Shown in pieces: positions 1 through 12,600 of a stretch of DNA of 64,000 nt. Position 1 is the stretch's first letter. Each line of letters begins with the position of its first letter. The notes under the pieces were generated by a model that had not been told where the DNA came from, made no database searches, and was given only the letters and a program-made list of their open reading frames with translations. The position numbers were made by a program, and so were the translations under genes. The DNA comes from an uncultured Christensenella sp. (lineage in GTDB: Bacteria > Bacillota > Clostridia > Christensenellales > UBA1242): contig CAZVVP010000001.1 in the NCBI GenBank assembly GCA_964630515.1, positions 1,139 through 65,138 on the forward strand, in the 5' to 3' direction.

Positions 1-304
1 CAAAACTAGAATCTGCATTATATTTTAATTCATCAAATAAAGGCTTAAATAAGCCACTTTCACATCTATAGAATTGTTTGTCACGACCTCCATCTAAATC
101 GCTTTCGATATAATCTTTGTAATAATATAGTTTATAATTTGTTGAAAGAGTTTGTGATGTTGGACAAGAAGAAATTGTAACATATTCTGATTCGTAATCA
201 GTAATATCGTCAAAAATATACGGAGTATACTTAGTTGGTTCTTTTGAGTTTTCCGATTCCTTTTTGGAGCGTATTCTATCTATTAAAGATTTAATTATGC
301 TCAT
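1..304 (-). CDS. hypothetical protein, 5' part only (gene continues past the left edge)
   Basis: Minus-strand ATG at 304 with AAGGAGG (complement of 314-320) 9 nt upstream. Hand translation (MSIIKSLIDRIRSKKESENSKEPTKYTPYIFDDITDYESEYVTISSCPTSQ...) stays open to position 1. Not in the ORF track because it has no stop in the window. No recognisable domain. Confidence 0.5.
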   Translation of the reverse strand, partial: MSIIKSLIDRIRSKKESENSKEPTKYTPYIFDDITDYESEYVTISSCPTSQTLSTNYKLYYYKDYIESDLDGGRDKQFYRCESGLFKPLFDELKYNADSSF

Positions 305-351
305 CTTAAAAAACCTCCTTTTTGTCCATATCTCTTATTTTATTATAGCAG

Positions 352-447
352 ATATCCACAATTTGTGCAACTGTGTGTGTTCAATTAGCCCATTGGCAAC
401 AAATTGTGGATAACTTTAATTTAAACAAAATATCCAAATTGTGCAAA
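352..447. promoter_or_regulatory. cluster of three related operator-like sites with DnaA-box-like cores in a divergent intergenic region
   Basis: Site 1 is atatccacaatttgtgcaa (352-370). Site 2 is a perfect 13-bp inverted copy, acaaattgtggat (399-411), in which tgtggataa at 405-413 is the reverse complement of TTATCCACA. Site 3 is a degenerate direct copy, atatccaaattgtgcaaa (430-447). Confidence 0.45.
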
Positions 448-493
448 TTATATTCATATACTAAATAATTTGACAATAATTGTTTTTTTTTGT

Positions 494-518
494 AATCTTA
501 TCTATGATAAGATTTTTT
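494..518 (+). terminator. hairpin plus T-run upstream of giant gene 1 (terminator- or attenuator-like)
   Basis: aatcttatc (494-502) pairs with gataagatt (506-514), followed by tttttt. No upstream + strand gene is visible, so its role is unclear. Confidence 0.3.
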
Positions 519-660
519 ATTTTATAAATAAAATAGTGGTCTTAAATTTTAGGATAAATCAAAAAGATGTTGACTATTATAAAGAATTAATAAATATTTG
601 AAAAGTTATAGATACTTTTGGATATTTTGACAAAAATAAAATATATAAGGAAATGAAATT

Positions 661-3600
661 ATGGAATATGAGTCTACCCAAGCAAAAAAATTAGTAAAAA
701 TGCTTGAGACAAGTGAGGCACAAGAAAAGGCGTATTGGTTAAGGAGGACTAGACGGGCAATATTAATTTGGTCGATGATTTTTGTTATCGCCACTTTGTC
801 TGCAGTGTTTATCATACTTGGTCTTAACGAAAGAAATAAGTACGTCAACTTTGACTTGCATTTTGTTAAGTACTCTGACGATGCAAGCGAAGAGCCACAG
901 ATAGAGCATGAAGAAAGAAAAGCAAGTATCTATGATACAATTAAAAATATTGAGCTACCTAATGATATAGAAGGATATAATTTTAATGGAAAATATTTTA
1001 ATTCTTCTAACTTTGAGGTGCTGGTTAATCCAGAAAGTAATATTGCTAGTAGTCTTACTTATGAGAAAGCAATCTATATGCAATACGAATTGGGGCACTA
1101 TAGATTATCAATTCTAACTTCTCAAAAAGACAATGATATCTTTACAAGTGGAGATGGAGTGATTGGATATAATAAAACAATGTATGTTGTGCCATCATCT
1201 CCTATTGCAACAGATAATAATGCAATTGATAGATTCTTAGATGATAGGAAAGATTATATAGCTAACAATAATGTTGATTACATAGGAAATAATTTATACA
1301 ATTTATATGCTTTGAAGTTTAGCGAAGTTAATGAGAGCAATAATTCAATCACAGATATTGACGGAAAACTAAACAATCATATTTTTGGTTTCCATATGTC
1401 CTACAAAGGTCAAAATGTTCAATATTATTTTTATGAAGTTGTTGTAAAGAACCAAGCTAATAACGCAATTTTTGAAACTTATTTGGTAGAAAAATATATT
1501 AATGGCGAACTTTCTGCAAGAAATTTCTCTAATAATTATGCAGTCCTATTAACAGACGAAGGAGAGCCAAAAGTTGAAACTGCTACAAGCGGGGATAAAT
1601 ACTATTTTACAGATGGCACTATCCTAGACGACAATTCTCAAGATAACGCTAACGTATTTAAGATGCCTGGACATGATGTAACAGTATACATTGACTGGAT
1701 GGTTGATGATAGATATGTTATAGTTATGGATACAGTAGATGAGTATACATGGAATCGTATTTATTCTGATTACATAGTACAAAATAATAATTCTGATACA
1801 TATCAAAATATTAAGGAGTCTTTTGGATTAGATTATAATACTCCTGGATATTTAGAAAATGCTAAGACTGATGGTGTGGATGATGACTGGGACCACTTGA
1901 AAGACAACTTAAGCGAATATTATAAAGAGAATGATGGTGTATGGGACAGAACAGCTGTTAAGAAGATTTCTGCAGATGATGCAAATGCTAATATTAAAAC
2001 TTATTTAGACACTTATTTCAAAAAGGGTTATAATATTGCAACAATCAATTCTGGTCATGCTTTCCCTTATTATAAGTTCGGATATGAAACAAAGAAAGAG
2101 ACTTGGCAAATTTATACTTATGATAAAGATTTGGGTAAGTATTCATGGGTTAATGTTGATAACACAACTAACTTAAATGCATATGCTCAAGATGTATGTA
2201 TAGTTATTAGAGCAACATGGAATCCTTATGAATATTATCTGGAATTTAAGGATAGTGGAAACGCTGTCGGAACACTTAGTAATTTCCCTGGTTATGGAAG
2301 TTCTGGTGACTTTGGACGAAAACTTACAATGGACTTGGTTAATAATTTAGAAAGCAATACCACTAAAAGAGTTAGAAGATTGATTTCTGGAAGTGATAAA
2401 GATTTCTTATATTTAACCAAAACTGGTCATGAGTTCGTAGGTTGGCAATTAAATGGCAAACTTTCCTTTAATACTTCTGTTGGAGAAAACGGAAAAGGTT
2501 ATTTCGATATTGACACAACTTCAGACAATAGAATTCATGTTATTGTAGAGAGTCCAACTTTTAAGTATAAAATTAATTCTTTAGATGAACCACTAGAAGT
2601 AGAAGCTACTAAGTTCCTAAATTATAATTACAACGATAATATTGATAATCAGAACAGAAAATTATGGAAATATGATACTAATTATAAAGGCAAAAGCTAT
2701 ACATTCTATTATTTTGGCACTAAAACAGAGTTAGAAAGTGGTGTTAATTCCAAGATGGAAATTCCTGTTGGATATTATGCTACAGATGGCGCAAAAACCA
2801 CTTTGGAACTTAATCCAATTTGGAGCGTAATAAGTTATGAAATTACTGTAGACTTCAATATTGACAGCGCAAATGAGTTGGAATTGGGCGAAGCTGCAGG
2901 TGGTAAGACTATTTATGGTTTTGGCAATATTTATGGATTAGACGAAAGCTTTGATTATAACCCAAACACTGAGGGCAATCAACAATATGATGAAATAGTT
3001 ACAGATAATAATGGTTATGAAACTGGATTTAAAATTATATATGATGTCAATACAGCATTCTATTTGCCAGGATATGAACAACTTTATCGTAGAGGATATA
3101 AGTTTACTGGATACAAATTCTACAAAGTGGAAAATGGTAACAAAGTAGAACTTACAGGTAATGATTATGTATTTACTATAGGTGAAAGTTCGTCTGATAA
3201 AAATATTTATGAAAAAGTATTGATTAATGCTCCAAGTATTGCTGTAGAAAGTAATACAACCAAGATTAATAACTTGTTTGATGAAATTATAGTTGAAGCA
3301 CAGTGGGAAGCGGAAGTTTATAAAGTTGGCTATAATACAACTGCAACAGCTGATCAATCTACTAAAGTAAAATCTATTACAACACAAATTAACTATAACA
3401 TGACTTTACAAACTCCTAACTCTAACATTACTCATTATGTTTGGGATGAAGACGTAGAGATTAATAATAGTGGAAAGTTTGTAAAAAATACTTATACTTA
3501 TATTTTCCCTAAAGACAGAACAACTAACGCTTCTGCAGTTATATATGTTAAGCTAAAAGATATGTTCTCTAACTCTACATTTAGATTAATTCTTAATTTA

Positions 3601-6600
3601 GATGGAAAAAGTTATGAATATTCTAAAGAAGATTTGCTTGAATATATAGGAAGTAATTCAATTAAGTTTGAAGATAACTATTCTGGAATAAAGATTACTA
3701 AAGCAGAAATAAAAATTACTAAAGAGGAAATTGGTGGAGAGACTTATTATAAGTTCACCTTTGTTGATTTGGCTTGTGATGTGAAGTTTAATATTGACCA
3801 AATAGACTATGACTTAGTTGCAAATACATTAACAGATAGTATAGTAGGGGATAATGTTGATTCTGTAAGCATTATTAGCACTTATAAAGATTTGAAAGGA
3901 ATTTATACAAGTAATCAGACTGCAAAAGACAAAGTTAATTTTGTAATAGTTAGAGACCCATTTAGTCTTGTAAAATATAATATCTATGACATGCTTAATA
4001 TCAAGAAAGAATGGAAAGATGCTGGAATTGACTTAAAAGGTGGAGATTTAGACTCTGGGGTTTCAATCAATACAGTTTATGGAACTATATCAATGAAAGT
4101 TGGCGAAACTACTAAGATTCCACAATTGTTTAATATAGGTGCGTACTTTGCTAAAGTAGGAACTTTGGATATGAGTTCTAGTGCGGTTTTGACACTTGAT
4201 GATATTGTTAAGGGCGACCCATGTTTTGATACATATGGAAATGTAATAGATAGTCCTCTAAAAAATGCAAAAATTCAAACATCTGTTGGTCATGAATTAA
4301 TGACGCAAGAGCTTAAGAGTAGAATTTCTCATGGAATATTTACAAATAGCGTTTATATTAATGGTATAAAAGGAGTGGTTGTTCCCAATACCATCTCAAC
4401 TGTAACTACAAATGGACTTACTTTCTATGAAAATTCTAGTCCAGTGGCATATTACACAATTAAGAATATGAATTACCAAATGCAGTTGACTTTCGAAGGC
4501 GATTACAAGGACTATTTCTCTACATGGAAAACTAAAGTAGCAAGTGGTTATGTGTTAAAAGATTCTACTGCTCAAACTTTTAAAACAAACAATAGTTCAG
4601 AATATATTACAACAGATAAAGTAGAAGTTAGTTTTGAATTAAACAACATTGTTCTTGATACAATCGAGGTTAAGATGTATACAAGACTTAGTCCTGGTGT
4701 AGAAAATCCTCAAGTAGGAACTCCTGCAGTAGGTTATAATGTGCTTAATTATGGTGATAAGGGTGAAGGGGATATACTAACTGCATTAATTAGTGCTGAT
4801 AATACTGTATATAGTGCTTCAAATCTAACTAAAGATAAGGATATATACACTGGCACATATACCGCTCATTCAACTTTTGTATTTGAACCAATATTTACTG
4901 AGGAGTATAGTCAGTATAATGACAAGACTATTGAAGAGCAGAAAAATCTTATCTTGTATGGTCAGTATACTGCGCCTGAAGGCACAAAAGTAACGCTAGA
5001 TAATGGATTGTTTGCAAACCTTAACTTTGATGAAGATGGCGGAAATGCTAAGTTATTAGAATATGACAATACCTTGTACATACAAGTATATGTAACAAAA
5101 CTATCTAATGATAACCAAACTGGAACTAAAGATGTTTATGTAATCAAAGCAGACGATATTATTAACAGCTATGGTTTGACTTTTGGTTATTGGGTTACAG
5201 AGAATGGACAAACTAATGAGAATAAATTATCAACTAGTTTTGGTGCAATTACAATTAATGGTACAGATATTACTGATACTGAGAAAAATATAACGTATAC
5301 CAGTACAACCCTTAGTGCTGATAGTAAAAATCCATCTAAATTACTATATGGGTATAATTATATATTCAAAGTTACACTAAATGATGATTATTCTAATAGT
5401 AAACCAACATTAAGGATTGAATTTAATAATAGTGAAAATACTACACTTAATTTCGACACTAATACAACCACCACAACCTTAGATTCTACTACTAATATTT
5501 TATTTGAGTATATTAGTGATATTGAGTATCAAATAACTTTAACTAATGTACAACATGACTTAACTTTGACAATTGAGAATGTGTATAGGAACTTAAACAC
5601 ATTTAAAATCTTAGGTTATACAAGTGCAAGCGCCGAAGAATTATCAGATATAACCACAAACTTTTTATTACAAAAAGATGAAGGTTTAGTTCCTATAAAT
5701 CAAGATGATGTTTATGATTATACATACATGTATAAAGCAACAGTCGATAGGTTAATTAAATATAGTAGTGGTACATTTACTTATTATGAACAAGGCTCAG
5801 AGATAGAAAATATTGAGGCTTCAAAGTTGTTTACTGAATTTGTGACAGAAGAAGGTTATATTATTGAAGAGGCTGGTGGAGTTGAGCAGTTTATAATTGA
5901 TAACTATACTGAGTTAAGGAAATTAACTGACGATAAAATATTTAAAACTTCTATTGCTATTTTGGTTCAATATAATTATGGAATGTATATACAAAATTAT
6001 ACCTATATCACTAATGCCAATAAAGGTACTGAGTTTAAAATCTATACAGAAGAAAATAGAGATGCCTTTGCGAATAATGGAGCAATTACTCTAGCAGGGG
6101 CCACAAAAACAGATTCTTTAGAACTTGTTGATTATTCTCTAGATAGTGCAATTAAACTAACTCAATCTACTTATGAATTTAAGACTATCAATATTGACTT
6201 AAATTTGAAAATAACTGTAAAACCAAAAGTGTTTACAAAGAATGAGCTTATTATGCCAGAAGATTCTGATTCGATACAGCAGTTTAATATTACTACTGTT
6301 TATAATAATATGGCAGTTGTTATTATGAATAATAATTTTGAAGAGTTTTCAGATGATGATTACATAACAAATGGGGCGTTAAATGAAAACATATCATATC
6401 AAAGTTATGCGTTTATAAGAATCAAATTAAAAGATGCATATAATCAACACTTGTCTTGGACCATAAAAAATGATAAAGGTGAACAATTAGGTTATGTTGA
6501 ATTTGTTAATGGCGTAGAGGATGAAGGTAAAAGAGAGGGCGTAAGGGCTTATTATTATGATGAATATAATAAATATCATTATTACGCTGTCCTTCTAACA

Positions 6601-9600
6601 AGTACTGGAACTTCCGATTTAGGTATTACTATAGAGATCAACAACCCTATTAATACTTACGAAGCGCAGATTTTGGAGGGTAAAAATTCTGTAGGAACTT
6701 ACTCAAAAGGAGAAGGTTCAGAAGTGGAAAATATCTTGTCCCATACTACAGATAGTTATATCGCTACAACTTCTAGTGGTAAGAAAAATGAATCAAATCT
6801 TTATGTTGTTGAATATGGACAAGATTTGTCATACAATGTAACAATCAGACCTGGATATGAGAAGTTTAAACTTGATATAACATCTTCCGGCTCTGGATAT
6901 GTAGATCAATTCGTATATGATGGCGGAAATTGGAGTCACACTGGAAGTTCTTCTTCTAATATTAATGGTCAAGAAAATCCAAAGATAAATATCTCATCAC
7001 TTACAAGTAGTACTAGTGATACCGGTGAGACTATCTATATATTTACAATTACAATTAATGACATTACAGCAGATACTCAAATTGAATTACATACCTTTGA
7101 GAGAAAAGGGTTATCTGTTAATGCAACAAATATTAGTCAAACTACCATAAAATCTCAAGCAATCGCAACTGAAGACGAAATCAATGATAATCTAAACGAA
7201 AAGCCTGCAGATACTAACTTTTCAACAACAACTACTGATCTTTATTATGGAGATAGTATTAAGTTAACTTTGACAGTTAATGCTGGTTATGAGAAATCTG
7301 GATTTAAAATTTTAGTTAATGGTTGTGCGTTTGAATTTGATGCAAAGAAGTATGTAGATAGTGAAAGAAACTTTAATGGAACATATGATGCTATAACAAA
7401 TAGTACAATGTTGACTTATGGATTTAGTTCAATTTCTGTTGCAGAAACTATGACTACAGATTCAACTACATATGAGCCAACAATTACCGTAACAATCACA
7501 ATTTATCGTGTAATTGCCGATATTACTGTTGAAGTTAGTGAAATGACTAAGAATAGCTATACTGTGAGTGGAACTGATACAAATGGAGTATGGGAATTAA
7601 CAGAAGGAACAAAACCTGTTCAAGAAACAACACCTGTTCAAGAAGGAAAAGAGGCTCAGTTTAAAATAACTGTTCCAGCGGCATATAATATAGATGAAAT
7701 TGAACGAATAACATTGAAATTAAACAGATATGCACAAGATTCAAATAATGAAGAAGCTACAATTGTCGTAACTGATACACCTATTAAATTAAACTTTAAG
7801 GGAATGAGTTATACTTGTGTGCGTTATAGTGCACCTAATGAAGATGGATATTTTATTATTACTATTAATGCATTATTGGCAGATATAGAAGTTAAACAAA
7901 TAAATATATCTTTAAATAGTTATGCTATTACTGTTGGATATAATGAAAGTAAGGATTATTTAGATAATGTAGTTTATCAAACCTATTATTCTGCTTCAAA
8001 TACTAATACAGGTTGGAAAAACTTAGTTGATATTAACGGCTTAAAAACTACAGGAAGTGGATATGAATTTAAAGTTGAACATGGCTATCATTCGTTAATA
8101 TATTTTGAATTGACTGGAGGATCTTATTTTGATTTAAATCTACTTACAGATGAGAAAATTAACAAAGTAGAGATTAAAAATACAGAAAAATATGGCACCG
8201 ACTATAGTCAATGGTTGATAGATAATTTCGATTCATTGACTGATATGGGTGTTAAGTCTAGTATGTTAAACTTTGTTTATAATGGCTCACATCAAGATAA
8301 GTTGCATGGAGAAAATGGCGTAAATAATGATAATGTAACATATTATTTTGTACTTATATTCTATTCTGTAGATGCAGATACAAAGAAAGAAATAAATTTA
8401 GATACATATTTGGGACAATCTAAATATTCATTTAAGTCTAATGAATATAAAGATGGAGAAACTACCGTCGTAGCTGAAGTTGAAAATTCGGATATTACTT
8501 ACGATACCATAGAGTCTGGTACTTCAATAACCATACTAGTAAACGAAGCATACACTGCAAGTTCGATTAATGCAACATTTACAATTACAGAGCCTACAAC
8601 AGGAGTATCTGATGATGGTACAGAATTAAGTATAATAGGCGGTAAAAAAGAAGTAAAATTTGAGTCAAATGTAGTTCTTTCAATCTCTTATGATAGCACA
8701 AGCGGTGTTATTACTATCACTTGGTATGCAGGTCAGTATTATGATATTGAGGTAACTTTTGATAATTTCAAGATAAATACTTATAAGTTGACTTTCGTCA
8801 ATAATACTGATTATCAAGATGAGAATAATAATGTTAATTATGGCGTAAACTTGGTGTTCGATGATTCAGACTGTGGTTTGTCAAATAATGTTTATACTTT
8901 TAAAGCATATTATACAGATATAAATAATACTAAATATCTTGGTACAGATGTATATATTGTTACAATCACAACTAATAAAGGATTAGTCGATATCAAGGGT
9001 GCTAAAATCACAGATTGGACTACTTTCAAAGCAAAGTTTAGTGATGGCTTATATTATACCTACGATGATATAAAAGTGGAGATCAAATCGGTAGCTGATG
9101 ATGTAGTTATTAACTGGAGTAGTAATGCAAACAAAGTTACGTATTTAACAACAGACTTGACTTTTGGAAGCAAAGATAATACTTTAACAATTGATAAAAA
9201 AAATATTAGTAATAAAGATGTAGAAATTAAAATCACAACCCAAGTTCGGAATTATTCTATTGAAATTAATGATACTGGTGATAGTAGTAATGAGTTTGAA
9301 ACAGGGGGAGTGTCTCAATCTGTACAAACTTCTCCTGGTCTTAATCCTATAGTACAAAAAGATTATGCTTATAATACAATCATTTTGAAATATGTTGTAC
9401 AAGCTGAGTATTTAGATGGTATTAAAGATACAATTACACTAGATGGGGAAGATTATATATATATAAAAGACCATATAATAATTACTGGTCCTAGTGCTTC
9501 TAATATATACTTTGTATTAAAAAATTCTGCTTATGTTAGTGGAGAGAGTGAATATACATTTACTGCTGTAATTGTTAATGGTTCTACAATTAAATCTAAT

Positions 9601-12600
9601 GTTATTATCTTTGATGGAGATTATACCTTTAGCGAAACAGGTGGGGTAGATGTTCAGCCTTATGAATATACTCTAAACTATTTTGATTCTACTAACTCTT
9701 CTAACACTCTAAATGGATATACTCAAAGTTATGTCAATGAAAGTATAACTTATGATACAAATGAAGAAAATATTATATTATCAACTGAAATTAAAGTAAG
9801 CGATATTACTGTTGGTAATATTGTAGTTACAATTAGCGGAAGTTATATTTCAAGCGAAAGTAGTATCTCTAAAGATGGTACTAATTGGTTTGGTTCTAAT
9901 ATCTATATTCCTTATGGCTCTACAGTTGTTGTTGCTATTGTAATAAATGAAACTATTGCAGGAGATAGCTTTAAGAGTTCAACAGAATTTGATGATGGCG
10001 TACTATCTACTACAAGTGCTACAGATGGTAATATAACTTACGATGATGCAGATAAAAAATATACATATACTTATACTGCGGTAGATAATATAATAGCTAA
10101 CCAAACATCTCAAGAAACTACCTTGAAATTAATGCTTAATAGATATACTGTAACAATGCCGGCTAATTATTTGAGTATTGCAAGTATAGAGAAAGGTGGA
10201 GCATTTATTTCTGATGTTGAGACTGATGTAACAGGAACAAATGCTTCGGGACAATCATTTGTTATTGAATACAATACAGAAATTGTATTGCAATATACTA
10301 ATACTAGTAATATGGATTATGCGAATATTACTGGAGATTTTAAGCCTTATAATAATGAAACATTAGCTGGTGATTTGGTAATTGTTAATGGAGAATTAAA
10401 CAATTATTACTATAATGGTGTAGAAATTGGTAGTGCATTCAAAGATGAAGACAAAGATAGTCATTATACATATACTCTAATTGCTGGTCAAGATGAAAAT
10501 GTACAAAATGTAACTAGTTATAGTTTTGGCGTTAACTATGATACAATGAGATATATTGTTTCGTTTACAGGTATTGATAACTTTGAAAATTTTGATGAAT
10601 ATGTAGAGAATAATTTTGAAGGAATCGAAAGTATAGATTTGTATTTATCTTTAGCAGATGGTACTAACAAGAAAGTTAATTACTTCTCTAGTTCTCTCAC
10701 ACGTAACCTTATAGGCCCTGCTGATTGTGATTATACTGAGAACTTTGATCTAATTGAGAATATCTTGTCAGGTTTACTGTGTGAAAAATATATATATTTC
10801 TGTGTTTCAGATGCGGATGATAGTTATCCATATTATACTAACGATTATGAGTTAGGATTTATACTTAAAGTTACATTAAAAGATGGTTATGAAAGTTTTA
10901 CAGTTATTGCAACAAATGGAGAAAAAACAAATACACGTTATGGTAGCTTAGATGATAATGGTGTAAATTTGCAAACCATATATTTATATAGAGAAAATGG
11001 CTTAATTGTTGACCCTCATCTTAATTTTGACATTAAAGCAGGAGATATCAACAATTATTCGGTTACTCTAACTTCTGAGAATTTGAAGTTTAGCGGTAAT
11101 AATAAATCTATCACATATAATCAAAACCATGGTGCTAATGGTACATTCTCATTTAAATTTGATACTAATTATTCTAACGCTGAGTATTTCTATATACAGA
11201 ATACTTATCCAAGTACTGAGATTTATACTTTTATTATTAATGGAAATAATATTAAAGATGGATCGGGGAATGATATTAATAATACCGTATTGACATTTGG
11301 TGGAGTTGGTATTACCATTGTGTCTGCAACATATGATGGTACAGTTACTATTAAGTGGATGATTAGTGACAATATTAGTAATACTTTAAAAGTCTATACC
11401 GATGATATTAATGGGTATAATTTACAAATTAATTTGGGTGATAATGAAGATAATAGAGTTACAGGTGTAAAATCTTACATTGAGGCAGAAGCTGAGAAGC
11501 AAGACTGGGCTCTTTCTTCTACAGAACAAGAAATCGCTGTTACTGCAACTGCGACTTTGGAATTTACTTTACAGACACATTATACTCAGACAGAAAAATT
11601 TAGATTTGTGCTAAAAAATGCTTCCGGAAATGAAGAAAGAGGAGAAGATAATCCTTTTGAAATTGAGGTTGGAACAAGTGGATCAATTGATACTTGGGTA
11701 AAATATAGTTGTACTAGAGATGGCGACACAATCACGATTACATTTAGTGATATTACAACCAAATTCTCTATGGAAATGTTAACATTAGCTGTTAATTGGT
11801 ATGACATTAAGTATGATTCTTCAAATAAAACTTATATTGCTGGTTGGAGCGCTGTAAGTACAGCGACAGAACATTCAGATTATGTTACAAAGGTTAGTGA
11901 AGATCTTTATAGAGGACTTGGGACAAATTGTGCAAAGATAACCATTAAGGTTGCTGACGAGTATTCTCAACTAAATAATGCTATATTGACATTTGGTTAT
12001 GGATCTAATACAATTACTTATAAGTATGAATATTATAACAATACTTTGCAGTGGAGAACTGAATCAACTGATGGTAATTTGCTTAGTTTTTCTTATAATA
12101 CAAACGATCAAGAAATCACTTTTATATGGAGAATATTAGATGATCTTACAGTTTGCTTAAGTTCTGCGGATGAGAATACATACAAATTTGTCATTAATTA
12201 TATAACTTATGATTCTAGTTCTAGTAGCTGGACAACTGCTACAACAACAAACGAGGTTAATATTGGGCATACTGAGTTAATTTATGATGCTTTAAAAAGG
12301 GAATACTCTTCTGTAGATACAGATAAAGAGTTTATGGCAAAATATGGTCTAAAGTTTGTAGGATATATTCTACAAAATGGTACTTATGGAACAAATTGCT
12401 TTGTAGGAGAAAATGCTTACATTAAGGACTCTTATGCCAAAGGTATCACATATACTGATGATACTACTGGTGTAGAAGTCTCAGATTTAACACTTTATGC
12501 CTGTTATGAGAGAGGAGATTTCGACATAGCGGTTCAAACCACAACTGGAACAACTTATGATAAGACAATTTCCTTTGGTCAAGATATTGCTTTTAATAGC

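Noticed and set aside
470-498. Phase-variable promoter: TTGACA (470-475), a 17-nt spacer containing a T9 tract (483-491), then TAATCT (493-498), upstream of giant gene 1.
   Set aside because: The -10 is weak and overlaps a terminator-like hairpin. T-runs of this length are common in AT-rich intergenic DNA. Without population data I cannot support slipped-strand regulation.
304-661. Replication origin (oriC) because of DnaA boxes.
   Set aside because: There is only one perfect box and two near-perfect ones. No dnaA, dnaN or rpmH context is present and I found no clear AT-rich unwinding repeats. A promoter-proximal operator is a more economical reading.
2938-3387. Minus-strand ORFs embedded in giant gene 1 (1624-1806, 2938-3387, 9184-9402, 11586-11807, 16957-17271, 17308-17820).
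   Set aside because: All lie antisense and wholly inside one long, coherent + strand ORF. Their products are low-complexity I/N/Y/C/S-rich strings typical of the antisense frame of AT-rich coding DNA. No SD sequences were noted.
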